A stretch of 64,000 bases of DNA. Origin: Takakia lepidozioides (lineage: Eukaryota > Plantae > Bryophyta). Below the pieces are notes generated by a model, which did not search any database, was not told the origin of the DNA, and worked only from the letters and a program-made list of their open reading frames with translations. The stretch spans positions 11,718,001 to 11,782,000 of the forward strand of contig CM060734.1 in the NCBI GenBank assembly GCA_030704615.1, written 5' to 3'. Below, piece after piece: positions 24,940-38,398 of this stretch. Within the stretch, counting starts at the first letter, position 1, and every line of letters begins with the position of its first letter. The translations under genes and the position numbers were made by a program.

Positions 24940-27900
24940 ATGTCTAGTTCCAAGGCGTGCGGAATCCAAAAGCAAACTGGCAATAATAAACAGCCTAGAT
25001 CTACCAGTATAACTACCCGAAGTAGAAAATCTAGTGAGCTTCCACTCTCCACCCTCAAATCATCCACGAAGAATCAGCAAATGGCAGACGACGAAGAGAT
25101 GGAGCGGACTCCCACTGGAGCGACGGACGCCAGTGACATGCACTCCTCCGACGCGCTCTTCTTTGTTGCTAAACAAGCCTACCACACCCGATCTACACAG
25201 AACCCACAGAAGGTTGCCAACCCAAGTGCGCAAGTCAACAAGACTACCACACCCCCGCAGCAATCCACCATTCCCAAGCAGATGCGAACCGCTCCTCCCA
25301 CCACCCTCTCATCCCCTGTTGATCTACTTACGCTTAACCCACGAGCAAAACGACCCTCCGACGCCCTCAACAGTGAAGCTGACAGTAGCCACTCCGACCC
25401 CAAAAAATCAAGGGGCCCCAATGCGCAAGACCGATTACAATGCATAGACACCTCTAGCCCACCCTCCCTCCCTCCCTCCGCTATGGCTGGGATATGAAGC
25501 GCTCGAGCAACAGGCCATCGACTCACAAACTCCCCATCATAGCCGAAGACCGATCCGGCTTTGAACTCCAGCGCCTGGGCCTCAGTCACCCCGAAATCTA
25601 CAAACTGCGTACCCACACGTCTTGCAGCTCTTGTTCCCAACAGTGAGGTCGGATGGGCGAGAGGGTCAATTCTACCCCCTCACTCAACTACCAAAAGGGA
25701 CCATAATTGACCCTACATCAGGGTTGTCGGAGGCCCCCCCGCACATACTGATTCGGTTTGACACTAATATAGAGATGCCCAAGGAACAAGCTCTCCAAAG
25801 AGCTTGCAAAAGTTTCGAAAACATGAATATCCCCTTAGGGACCCGGCTGTACTTCCCGATCACAACGCTCTCCAAGCACGGCAGCCCGAACTGGTGTGGT
25901 CTTCTCAAGGTCGAGCTACTTCACCCCGAAACTGATGGACTGGCTCTACTACGAGGTGATCGAGCATTCGTCATCAACATGGCCTCGGGTATGCCAATGC
26001 AGGGGAAGGTCGAGAAGGCATTCGAACTCTCATCATCCACAAACTACCTCTCACTCTACATGACGAGCGACGCCCTCCTAGGTACGATTGGAAGCAAACT
26101 TACCATGCATCTAATTACAAAAACTTACTACCATGGAGATGAGTTCAAAATACTCCACATTGCCAAGAATGGCCCTGATACCAAATTTTGCTTTATATAC
26201 CTAGCTACTGAAGATACCAAGACCCGTATGCTGGCTCACGGTGTGCGTGTCAACCACACACTGATCAAACCCCAACTACGAAACTGTTGGACCAGCATGA
26301 CTGGCATTGCTGCAACACCACAGGAGATACCCACCCCGTCATCCATGGGCTCCGTATCGCTAGACACAACCATGCAGTATGGCATATACATAAACTCCGC
26401 TGAACGAGACGCCCTCATGTTGGTGGTGAAGAGCCTCAACCCACTCCACTCGCAAGCGGTGACCGAAGCAGCTTTCCGCAACCTGATGGGCAAAGACAAC
26501 ATTGAGCGCATCCTCTTCAACAAAATTGACAAAATAGAGAAATTCGACACAAAGGAATGGTCCTTGTCACCTGCAAAAATCCCAGTATCTACACCCAATG
26601 GTGTAATAGACCACGCGTCCTTGTTATTGACAGGCAGGTATGATTTGAGCCACACACACGGAGCCTGAATGGATCCAAACCAAACAGAAATCTTGGAGCG
26701 GCTTAGGGTGGCCAACATAAATCAAGCATTGGCGGACACCGTCAACTCAATTGCTATCAAACCCGACACAAAACTACGCAACGGACATGAATCTATGATG
26801 ACTGAAATTGACAGGAAGCTCGCAGCTCACGCCATCTCTCTCAAGACCGATATCAAGGAAGACCTTGCAGCCATGGAATCAAGGGTAGCCATCACCAAGA
26901 CAGCACAACAAGAGTCCCATCGAGCTTACCTGGTAACACTTCAAGACTCCATCACCAAAACATGGCAGCTAATCTGGCCAGCTTCTATGACCATGCACAC
27001 AAATACTTGGAGCAACTACAGTTACCACCGGGCCTTCCCAGTTCACAAGTGGGGAATACTGCCCTAAATCACGCAACAAATGCTCAAACCAACCAGACAA
27101 CGGCCATCATCGAGCTACCGCCGATTTTACCCCCCCCCCCCCCCCCCGCGGCTATGATCCGCTGGGCACAATCAAGGGCACGGCTCCGGCCATGCTGCTC
27201 ACTGCCACACCACAACACCGGCGACAAGCAAATCACCCACCCAGTACTCTTCCCGCGCCAAATGCATAAGATTGCAGCCAATGCAAAAAGCTACCTTGGC
27301 TCTTCCAAGACTCTACCTCTTGGCTTCTCTTGTTTTGCTCGCTACGGGACCCCTTTACTATACTTATGGATGCTATCCTCCACCAATTTTGTACTCTCTC
27401 TACCTTCTAAGCAATGCAGAGACTACTCTACTGCTATCATTTCACTCTCTACACATCTCATCACCATCTCACACTACCTCACCTTGGTCACTCTCGAATC
27501 ACTACCAACAATTACCGTGCTCACTATAGGCCTCCTGCTCCTCTCCCCACCAGATCGCGAGGCGTCTGGCAAGACACACACCAGCTTCCCCTGCCCGACC
27601 CCTTCTCAGATAATCGTCATTCTCGACACCCCCACCCGCTCATACCCCGATACGTGCCAGAAACCCCCAATGAAAGGCAGTGCAAACCTATTTATTGGCT
27701 TAAAATAAATTTAAATTCAATTAAATTGTGGAATGGCTTGAGGGAGGAGCGCGTCGATGGGGAGGCAAATGATTTATTCGTCTGTTGTGTCTCCGCACAT
27801 GTATCGCACACATGTTCAAGCCATTTACCCCGCCCCCCCTCCACGTGTCTGCACCTCACCCCCGCCACGAACCCACCCAAATCAAATTCAATCTCCCCCC

Positions 27901-29200
27901 CACCACCCCCCCGTCATCCACAACATACACCTCATCCATGCACCCACATCCACATCCATCCACGTCCGTATCCTATCACGGGGATTTCATCCATCCGGCC
28001 CCACTAACTCCAATATTCGCCCCATTTTTCACACACTCATACCCCCGCAATACTATATCCAACCCACCCCTTATCACCTACTGCACACTCACCCACCCCA
28101 TCCACCGTCACTCCCAAGACACCACGCATACATACCGGATGCACTATAACTCCTGATACACATACGCACTACCCCTTCATCTACCCCCGCACTCTACCAC
28201 CACTAGTCCCACGTTTACCTTCATCAATACCCATTCAGCCTCTCCCAACCCCGTCACACTCCCTGTATATCCCCTTGACACACTTAATTACATAAACACA
28301 CCTCCCCAAAGCTACCTCCTAACACACTGCCCGCATGGCCGGTATCAAATACAGCTCTTGGTATCCAAGCACTCCCTCCACCACCCCCCATCACATCACA
28401 CCAAATTCACACTAACATGTGCACTACTCATACTTATGAGATGCGGTGACATCCATCCCAACCCGGGATGAAACAACATTAATAATATTATCAATGACCT
28501 CCCTCCTGACCCCCAAGTCAACTATACGTTATACTTTCAACCCAACACTGTCTCACTCAAACCAGCATATGAACACTTATACGACCACTTCATACCCTTC
28601 CTTAATTACCTCATCTACCAGTCAAACCACAACCACATACCGTATAGCCACTTTTGGCCTACCTCCATGTGAATACCCCGCCCTCACACAAGCGGCTCGC
28701 AAACTCACCCAATACCCGCCTCTACACATTTTATTTTCCTTAATCATCACCATCCCCCCCTGCCCACGATATGTAATGACTACTTCCGGACTCACACACA
28801 CTCACAAGTCCATACACTTCTACACAAATTACAACAACTTCCAGCCCCACCCCCAAAATTACATAGCACCTCCTCACTATTTATCAGAACTACACAAGTC
28901 GCTTCAACTTCTCCAATCAACCCCCGGGAATGCCCATAAAATACTAAGCGACCACCTCTCCGACCCACATATGACCTCCGTGATACCGTCCACAAATTCC
29001 CATTCTTGGCTGATAACATTCTCAAGCCCACTCTCCAAGCCCACTCTCCAATTCCCGGCTACCAACCCTTGCCAAGATCACAATCCCCGACCCCCCCCCC
29101 CCCACAACGCCACCACCCCAAACCCCAAACTCTCCCAACATACACCCACCCAGTAGCACACCTCACCACTCCCACTTGATCTCTACCCAACAAGCACACT
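24940..29200 (+). mobile_element. 5' part (ORF1-like gene plus C-rich downstream sequence) of a probable non-LTR retrotransposon, decayed
   Basis: Protein-like ORFs 24940-25497, 25622-26668 (WCGLLKVELLHPETDGLALLRGDRAF...GKVEKAFEL) and 26669-27067 (coiled-coil-like). Same C/A bias and strand as the RNase H fragment. No diagnostic domain recognised. Confidence 0.45.
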
Positions 29201-29486
29201 CCCTCTGCATCACCACTTGGAATGTGAGATCTTTAGCTACAAGCATTCAAAGTCTCATACACCTGCTCTCCGAATCCGTCTCCCCACATATTATCCAGTG
29301 GACACTCGAGGACTCTTCCCTGGAGTACGCACCATCTCTAAATTCCTATACCTAGGTCACAGGCCCTTCTGGGTTTTCTTGTGCCTGACTTCCCTCAACT
29401 CTTTGTGAGGGGAGCAACAACCACTGCTCTATAGCTCACCTTTTACCCCCTCACTGCTTTTCTGACTTTTCTCTCTCTAGGAGGAA

Positions 29487-30104
29487 TGTTGCAGCGGGGT
29501 AAGGTGGAATGTTTTAAGGTTTAGAATCCCCGTACGGGAAGTCGCAGTGCTCCATACAGGGAGCATCGGTACTGCAGAATGCTTGACACAGAAAGCATTT
29601 ACTTTTTCCTTGACATATGCACTAGCAGACACGGATCATATATTCTGTGATGTAGAAAGATAAGTAATGATCAACAATATGCATTGAACAAGAGTGCATG
29701 TATTAGCCAACCCATTGTTCCCATTCCTGCACCTGTGATTCTTCACTTTGATGAAGAAGAAAAGAAACTCACAACGAGTGATTAGCAACGAAGATGTTGA
29801 AGTCTTCTACCTTGGCAAATGGATGGTCATCCCGCATCCCAAGGTCTGCCCCTGTAGATTCCAATAACTACCTGCAAATCAAACTGGGGAACAAAACACC
29901 TCTTTAATGCAACGACGTTGCCCCGCATTCCAAGATCTACTTCGGAACTCCAATAAAGGGTGTACAACAACTAATGGGTAAGAGCCCTACCGACTGCTTC
30001 CCGCCGGAGTAGTGTCATTGGATTATTGCAACTTAGTTGCCCCGCACTCCACCTTAGTATGGAGCTCCAATAACCAATGAGTCAATGGATAGGAAATACC
30101 AACA
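29487..30104 (-). mobile_element. Putative 3' LTR or 3' UTR of the Gypsy element
   Basis: Bounded by TGTTG...CAACA and adjacent to a minus-strand purine tract (GGAAGGAGA) about 120 bp after the integrase stop. No matching 5' copy seen. Confidence 0.35.
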
Positions 30105-30226
30105 TCTCCTTCCGGAAAACGGGAAAAAAAATCCTAAAGACTTTTCCCGTCAAGGCAAAGGCCACTAAGATCTCCCTTAGCTCCCTTCCCTGGATGGGGG
30201 AAATTAGTTTCATTGGTTAGTGGAAC

Positions 30227-33200
30227 TCACATGTAGTAGTGCTTGCACCGGACACCGTTTACCAAATTGGGGAACTCCACCCCCCTCAGTGTCTCCAATT
30301 GTAATGAGCCGTTGTCGAAAACCGTCTTGACCACATACGGACCCATCCAGTATGAATCGAACTTGGCCTTGAACTCCTTGCTTCGACTGTTGAACAACAA
30401 TACCAAGTCCCCAGGATCAAAGATCCTCTTTTTCCGCTTGAGGTCGAACCGAGCCTTCCTCCGTCGCTGTACTGCTTCAATGTGTTGAGCAGCTGCTTGT
30501 CGATACTCGTCCAAACCTTCCAACGTTTCGAGCCTCTCCTTTAAGGACTCCGATGTCGCCAATCTCTCTGTAATGGCCAACCGAGAGATGGAATCTCGGT
30601 TTCGATTGGCATAATGGACTCAACCCCGTATACCAGTGAAAAGGGAGTGTGCCGAGTGGTCACCTTATGAGTCGTGTGAAATGCCCATAAGGCTAAGATC
30701 AACTTGTGTCCCAATCTCGTTTGTGCTCCTGAATTGTCTTGGACAGGATATTGCACAACGTCTGATTGGCACGTTCCACCTGCCCGCTAGTCTGTGGGTG
30801 ATAAGGGTTAGTCTTCCGGTGCTTGATGGAGAATGCTGCCATCATTTCTTCGATGACGTCATTGATGAAGTGTGACCCTCGATCGCTCACAATCTCCTTA
30901 GGACATCCAAACCTGGAAATGATGTTTTCATAAATGAACGCAGCGGTTACCTGTGCATTGGCCTTCTTGACAGCTTTGGCTTCCGCCCACTTTGTCAGGT
31001 ACTCTGTGACTCAGTCGCCAAGGTAGTCTACAAGCCGATGATGTAGCGATTTTGTTGGTTCGACGCGTGCACTTCTCCTACGTAATCAATCCCCCACTTC
31101 TCAAATGGAGCAAGTGGGAGTGTGGGAACTAACGACATTCCAAGCCTATTGTCCCTTTTTGCGTATCTTTGACAAGCGTCGCATCTTCGCACATGCATGT
31201 GCGCATCCTTGAACATGGAGGGCCAGTAGTATCCTGCCCTTAAAACTTTTTGTACAGTGAGTTGCCCTGCAAAGTGTCCTCCGCACATGCTATCATGAGC
31301 TGACTCTAAAATTTGGGGAACCTCCTTTGGAGTGATGCATCGCCTCAAGAGTCCATCCAATCCCCTTCTATTAAGTTGTCCTCCCACAAGGGCAAACTTC
31401 ATACTCCGCAACCGAAGCGTCTTCGTGCGTGCCGATCCATATCCGGTGGGTGTTCCATAGTACTAAGGTACTGAGCAATATGCTCATACCATGGAGGAAC
31501 TGTTTCAATGGAGAACAGGAATGCATCTGGGAAATCATCGTCGATAGGCTCGTCCCCTGTCTTCTCTGACAACCGAGAGAGATGGTCAGCCTGAGCATTG
31601 AGTCTTCCAGGCTTGTAGACTACCTTGTAGTCAAATTCCTGAAGTAGAATAACCCACCTGGCTATTCTTCCCGTCAAATTGGGCTTGTTGATCAGATATC
31701 GCAATGCCATGTGATCAACAAAAAATGTAATGGTGTCTCCAACAAATAATGCCGATATTTCTTCACGGCTAAGATCATCCCTAGCGCTCCCGCTCCGTAG
31801 TGCTATATCTCGTTTCTCCGAACGTTAATTGCCAACTAGCGAATGAGATTGGGTGGTCATGTCCTTCGGCATCTGGCTGACATAGAGCGCATCCTACTGC
31901 CACTGCCGATGCATCCACGTATACATGAAATGGCCGGTTCCAATCTGGAGCCGCCAGAACTGGGGCTGAGACCAATTGTTGTTTGAGGGTCTCAAATGAT
32001 TCTTGGCACCCTGCATCCCAAGAGAACACCTGATTTTTCTTCAATAAGAAAGTCAGAGGTAAAGCCTCCGCTGCGTACTTGTCCATAAGCTTCCTATACC
32101 ACCCGGTGTGGCCAAGGAACCCTTTCACCTTGGATGACGTTTCTGGTGCAGGTAGTTCAACGATGGCGCTCACCTTAGCAGGATCCGTCGCCACTCCTTC
32201 TCTGGACACAATGTGTCCCAGCAGCAGTCCATGTGTGACTGCAAACACGCACTTCATTGGGTTGAGGGATATCCCGTTGTCTCTGCACCTGAGGAAACAC
32301 TCTCGCAAAGCTGCAATGTGATCCTTCACGTCTCCATTGCAACAAAAGTCATCTAAGAAGATAACCAAATTCTTCCTCACGATGTCCGAGAAAGCATACG
32401 TCATAACCCGCTAGAAAGTCAGGGGCGTGTTACACAAACTGAAGGGCATTCTGGTGTAGGCGAACGTCCCCCACGGCGATGTGAATGTGGTCTTGACCAC
32501 ATCTTTCGGATCGATCAACACCTGCTTATAGCCCAAAAATCCATCCATGAAAGAGTAGAGCTCCTTCCCTGCTACTTCTTCCACTAACATATCGATGAAG
32601 GGCAAAGGAAAATGATCCTTATGCGTCACCTTGTTGAGAGGCCGGAAGTCCACGCATACCCTTAAACCTCCGTTCTTCTTGCGGACAATCACCATGGGTG
32701 AGACCCAAGTTGATGTTTCTACTGGAAAAATGAACTCCGCGGCTAACAGCTTCTCGATCTCGGCCTTGATCAGCAACGCCAAATTCGGGTTCATCCTCCT
32801 CTCTCGTTGTCGTCGTGGTGTAGCCCCCAGAATCAGGGGAATAGAGTGCATAGCAACGTACGAAGGCACTCCCTTCAGCTCGGTGTAGGAACACGCGAAA
32901 ATGTCTCAAAATTCTCTAAACAGTGCCTGGTATTCCAATGTCTGTTCAGATGTCAACTTGGATCCAACATTCACCAACTTGGGCGATTCTCTGCCAACCG
33001 CCATGTCTACCGCTTGCGTTGTTGGTTCCAATGTAAAGGTCGATCCGGGTTCAAATCGAGATCCATCTGAACCCTGCTGCAAATAGGGAATGAAAGGGCC
33101 GCTACGCTTCCTTACATCCCGTTCTAGATCAGCTTCCTCGATGATCTTCATCTCCATGATCTCACCGTCTTTCTCCTGGGGAACCTCCTGTTCCTGCAGC

Positions 33201-34406
33201 CCAACCTGTTCGGCGGATATGGAAAAGAGTTCGGTCAACAACTCGAACTCGTTAAGTGCCTCAGTTGCTACTGAGTGCACCATCACTTCTTGGCCGTGAT
33301 TTTCCCCGAACAGCCAAGTGATGCAGTCCGTATTGGACTCACATTCGTACAATCCCGGACCTAAGGATTTAACCGCATTCTCTAGTCCTACCTTCCTCCG
33401 CTTTACCTCCCTGCAAGGTGCGGAAACTGTTGCCAGTACTCGATGAGCCTGTGGCTTCGGAAAAAACTCATCATCCGACCACAAATCTTCTTCACTCAAG
33501 TCTGCAGACTCTTCCTCCGAGCCGATCGCATTGAGCTCATCCTCATCCGTCTCGTTGAGAGGTGCTCCAGTCATAAATGCAACAGTAGTGGTGTAAGGCC
33601 TTACCCCATAGGTGATAGTGCCTGCCCTCCAGTCCGTACGTGCTCGGGACTGGACCAACCATGGCCTTCCTAGTAGGAGGGCGTAAGAGTACTCATCAAT
33701 GGGAAAGTCAATGATCTGGAAGTCCACCGCATACGTGTACCCTCCAGTCTTCATTTTGACATTCGCAATGTGGCCCATGGGCCTGATCTTCCGCTGGTCA
33801 GCTAATCGTATAGTCAGCGGAGATTCATCTGTCACGCTTAATCCCAACTTTGATAAAGTGGACAGAGGCATGATGTTTACCGAACTTCCGTCATCCACCA
33901 GACAGCGTCGTATGAAACAGTCGACAATCTCTACTTCGATCTTGACTAGGCCTGGGTCAACCCGAGCATTGATGTGATGGGCCTGAACGGAACTGGCAAC
34001 TTGCTTCCTCACCAATGAAGCTTTGAGAGCGTGTCGAATGGTGGGAGCCATCGCTATGAGTTGAGCAAATGTCATGTTCGCCTGAATGTGCCGCAAATCC
34101 TCCATCAAATTGTATGGCTGTAACTCGTCGGTGAACCGCATCGTGGAGTGGATTCTTCATTTTGGCAGCTTCTCTGGTGCTGCCGGACGATTTGCTGAAC
34201 TTTTGGGTCTAGAGGTGAGAGGCAGAGTGGGGACGGGACGTACCACTGGAGGTTCCGTCTCTGCGAATGCCACTTCCTTCTCCTTCGGACGGACGACGTC
34301 TTCCTCTTGAAGCACCTTTTCCGCCACCATCCTCCCATCGGACTTCATCATTGTGAAGTTCAAATCCTCCTGCTCTGAGGCAGAAGTGGTGGACTCCGAC
34401 GCCGCA
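30227..34406 (-). mobile_element. Ty3/Gypsy pol (protease, RT, RNase H, integrase), non-chromovirus-like, decayed
   Basis: Protease LVDDGSSVNIM; RT WVSPMVIVRKKNGGLRVCVDFR...IFLDDF; RNase H FHVYVDAS; integrase HDSMCGGH...CDAC, KWGIDYVG, SDRGSHF, QTSGQVERAN and WMGPY. Domain order PR-RT-RH-INT. Contains stops and frameshifts. Confidence 0.95.
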
Positions 34407-35839
34407 CACTACAAGGAATCGCCGAAATAACCACTCAAAAAATGACTAGAAACCCAGTCGTTTCAGTCAAAAAATGACTGGGCGACTACGAGTCCGAAAG
34501 GACAAGACCTATCGGACAGTCCGGTCGTTCCGGTCATTACGTGGTTAGAGTCGTTCCAGTCAGTCATGACGCCGACTGGGGGGTAATTTTTAAGGTGTGG
34601 CCACGTGGCGTCGTCGCGTGCAACGTTGACTGAATCTTGGACCTTGACCACAATGGACTTTTGACCGGGGGGTGTGACTTCCCCACGGTCTGCACGCCGG
34701 GCATACAGCCGTGTGGCTGTGTGTCGGTACTCGACGTGTTTTTTGCCGAAACATTCCGGATATGGCCACGTGCAGGCCGGAGGCCACACCACGTGGCGCG
34801 ATGAGTTGTATGCTGGTTGCCTTTACAACTTGCAAGTAGAGTCGACAACTAGAGTGTTAAGTGACAGATGCAACTGGAGGTTTGAAATGCACTACTTCGC
34901 TAGTGATATACATTGACTGTGGGTTGGATACCAGGCACTCCTAGTGGTTGCAGTGACTTGGGGGCTGCGACTTGTGGTTCATACATGTGCAATACTATTT
35001 CTACTGTCTCCAAATAGCAACACAGATGCTACAATGGCCCCACTATAGCATTGCAACCAATACAATCCCTTGCACACTGCCACTGATCATCCCATTGCGG
35101 ATGTGATTGAGACTGGAGAACATATAGGCCATCCATCAAAGCACGAAAAGAAATAAACATGATGAAGAGCACGTGACATTGTATTAAGACAATACCTCAA
35201 AACCATCCCATACAATGCACAAACTCATGAGTCCGTAACGACCATGATTAGACTTTAAAAAAAACTATCATATATGGTTCTCCTGCACCTAACTTGCTAA
35301 TATTCTCCTAACACCTAACTTGATATTCTCCAGATTATGCATAATTCAGCCCCAGCTTGCATGATGTCTTCACCTCTTTTCTAGGCTGGCACAAGCTGCA
35401 TTCAAAAGGCATATGACAAAAACCTGTTCAGAATCACCCTTTCGGTATTTGCTAATAGACCTCAACATACTTCTGCATACACCCACAGCGAGTATATCAG
35501 TGATCATTTTACTCCGAAACCACATCTGTTTATGCATACTGCAGGTCCATTGATGAGCATGTGTTATGCACGCTCCGACATCTGGCATGCATGTTTATTG
35601 TTAAAGATGATACCCCCTTCCAAAGCTTCTCTTCATCTCTCTTATTTGTTTTTGAGTACTTTCTTGCTGCCACATAGGCAGTAACTTGCCCAGTCACTCC
35701 AAACCACCATAGATCCACCCAACGAGCTAACTTACAAAATTCAATATGCAAATTCCCTCACCACAAATGTGTTGAAGAGGATACCTTCATTACAGTGCCT
35801 TGTTCTATTAATTGTGCTGCTGCCGTTGCTATTTCCAGT

Positions 35840-36022
35840 TCACTTCCTACCCCCATTGTCCCACCATTGACTCGGGTCAGAAAAGTGTTCATTCCAAAGC
35901 TTCTCTTCATCTCTCTTATCTATTTTCGGGTACTTTCCTGCTGCCACATCGGCAGTAACTTGCAAAGTCACTCCAAACCCTCTCCAAACCACCACACATC
36001 CATCCAACAAGCTAACTTTCAT
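35840..36022 (-). pseudogene. Fragment resembling the N-terminal half of the OSB (organellar ssDNA-binding) PDF motif
   Basis: DEEKLWNEHFSDPSQWWDN. The homologue at 19340-19420 (minus) reads EKLWDEYFSDPSQWWDNRGKKVNA, and degenerate copies lie at about 46452-46535 and 50838-50915 (plus). Matches the LW..FF.NP..WWDNR..K pattern, but the PDF tripeptide itself is absent. Confidence 0.65.
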
Positions 36023-37100
36023 AATTCAATATGCAAATTCAAGGCTAAGCTTGTAGATGAAAGGGCAAAACAGGTTGAAACAAATCAAAGAATAAGGTGC
36101 CCTCACCATAAACCAATACCACAGATTCACCCTACGAGCTAACTTACAGAATTCAATATGCCTATTCAGGGCTGAGCCTGATGAGAGGTCAGCCTAGGTC
36201 AAAGAAGAAGGTGCCCTCACCACAAACCACCACATATCCACCCTACGAGCTAACTTGCAGAATTCAATATGCAAATTCAGGGCTGAGCCTGATGAGAGGG
36301 CAAAACAGGCTGAAATAGGTTGAAGAATGAGGTGTCCTCACACAAACCACCACACACCCACCCTACGAGCTAACTTACATAATTCAATATGCAAATTCAG
36401 GGCTGAGCCTACAGATGAGAGGGCAAAACAAGCTGAAACAAGTCAAAGAAGAAGGTGCCCTCACCACAAACCAGTACCACAAATCCACCCTACGAGCTAA
36501 CTTACAGAATTCAATATGTAAATTCAGGGCTGAGCCTGATGAGAGGGCAAAACAGGCTGAAAAGAGGGCAAAACTACCGGCTCAAACGGTCAAAGAAGAA
36601 GGTGCCCTCACCACAAACCACCACAGATCCACCCTACGAGCTAACTTACTGAACTCAATATGCAAATTAAGGGCTAAGCCTGATGAGAGGGCAAAACAGG
36701 CTGAAACAAGTCGAAGAAGAAGGTGCCCTCACCACAAACCAGTACCACAGATCCACCCTACGAGCTAACTTACATAATTCAGTATGCAAATTCAGGGCTG
36801 AGCCTGATGAGAGGGCAAAACAGGCTGAAAAGAGGGCAAAACTACAGGCTCAAACAGGTCGAAGAAGAAGGTGCCCTCACCACAAACCACCACAGATCCA
36901 CCCTACGAGCTAACTTACTGAACTCAATATGCAAATTCAGGGCTGAGCCTGATGAGAGGGCAAAACAGGCTGAAATAGGTCGAAGAAGGAGGTGCCCTCA
37001 CCACAAACCAGCACACATCCACCCTACGAGCTAACTTACAGAATTCAATATGCAAATTCAGGGCTGAGCCCGATGAGAGGGCAAAGGCTGAAAAGAGGGC
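35985..37100. repeat. Tandem array of nine 111-145-bp units inside CACTA element 2
   Basis: The anchor GAGCTAACTT occurs at about 36009, 36136, 36247, 36367, 36494, 36638, 36762, 36907 and 37028. A partial unit lies at about 35720, with inverted single units at about 46270-46390 and 50670-50760. Confidence 0.95.
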
Positions 37101-37930
37101 ATATCCTGCATGGATTAACATGGCGTTACAAGACACCACATCTCCTTCAGTCATATTGTCGAACACTCCCTTTGCATCCTCGATGCACCCACAATTGGCA
37201 TACATGTCCACGAGGGTGTTGTTCAGAACAATATCTGGTTCAATTCCCGCTTTGATGATGTCACCATGGACCTCTCTGCGCTTTTCCAGGGCTGCTAGGC
37301 TTGCACACGCATTGCAGACACAAATAAATGTGATGTGATTGGGCTTCACCCATTCCCACCATTTTCTCATAGGTCTCTAAAGCCTCCATCCCGCACCAAT
37401 GTTGTGTATATCCTGCAGCCATTGTGCTCCAAGACACCAAATTTCATTCAGCCATTAGGTCGAACACTCCCTTTGCATCCTCAATGCACCCACATTTAGC
37501 ATATATGTCCACCAGGGTACTATTCAGAATGATATCTGGTAAAATTCCAGCTTTGACAATGTCCCCATGGACTTCCTTGCCCTTATCCAGCGCTGCCAGG
37601 CTCGCACACACCTTGCAAACCTAACTTGGGGTGATCTGGTCGGGCTTCACCTCTTCCCTCATCATTTGCTCATAGGTCTCCAAAGCCTCCATCTCGCGCC
37701 CCTGCTGTGTATAATCTGTGATCATCGCAGTTCAAGACACCACATCTTGTTCGGCCATATTGTCCAACACTCCCTTTGCATCCTTGATGCTCCCACATTT
37801 TGCATACATGTTCATCAGAGCAGTGTTCAGAACAACATCTGGTACGATTCTAGTTTCGACAATGTCAGCATGGACCTCTTTGCCCTTTTCCAGGGCTGCC
37901 AGGATCACACACGCATTGCAAACACAGTAG
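37095..37930 (-). pseudogene. PLS-type PPR gene fragments (about three P-L-S triplets) inside CACTA element 2
   Basis: [78 protein letters not shown] plus two related units, with stops and frameshifts. Confidence 0.92.
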
Positions 37931-38398
37931 ATGAAGGAAGGGAAGAAGAAGAAGATGGAGGTCACGTTTGCCGAGCAGGAGTGACTTGAAAATCTCGTTA
38001 AGTCTCGGCCCCCTCATTGCGACTTACGGAGCTCACAACCCGAGCTCCCTATCAATTGTCCCGCTCGCAATTCGACGCGTGTCACTGTAATTTCAAAATA
38101 GTGCCATATGGGTTACAATTGATAAAAATGTCCCCGGGGGGTCCAACCCGCAGTCGTACACGACTTCAAATTATAAAAAGTACGTTTTTCCAAATTTTTG
38201 GAAATCAGCCTATAAATCGGCGTGAAACCCGGAGTTCACTTCCGCGACTTGTATACTCCATCCTTTATGCCAGTGTGGAATAAAAATGATTGCGACAACT
38301 GGCAAGTCATCATTCACAACCTGGAGTCCCACGCGCAGTTGTTTCGGATAGAATCGCAACCGCGAGTCGGGTGCGAAAAGCACCTATTCCTTGTAGTG

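Larger units (their letters stand above)
34407..38398. mobile_element. Complete non-autonomous CACTA element 2 (3992 bp) inserted in the Gypsy gag-pol
   Basis: 13-bp perfect TIR CACTACAAGGAAT / ATTCCTTGTAGTG and 3-bp TSD GCA (34404-34406, 38399-38401). Removing it restores the reading frame GKGPGYA-ASESTTSASEQEDLNF. No transposase inside. Confidence 0.95.

Noticed and set aside
34157-34159. Programmed readthrough or RNA editing of in-frame stops in Gypsy/MULE
   Set aside because: TGA and TAG stops are readily explained by C-to-T decay of CGA/CAG codons in methylated repeats, and frameshifts co-occur.
36415-37034. Plus-strand repetitive ORFs as real proteins
   Set aside because: They are translations of the tandem array, with frames changing between units.
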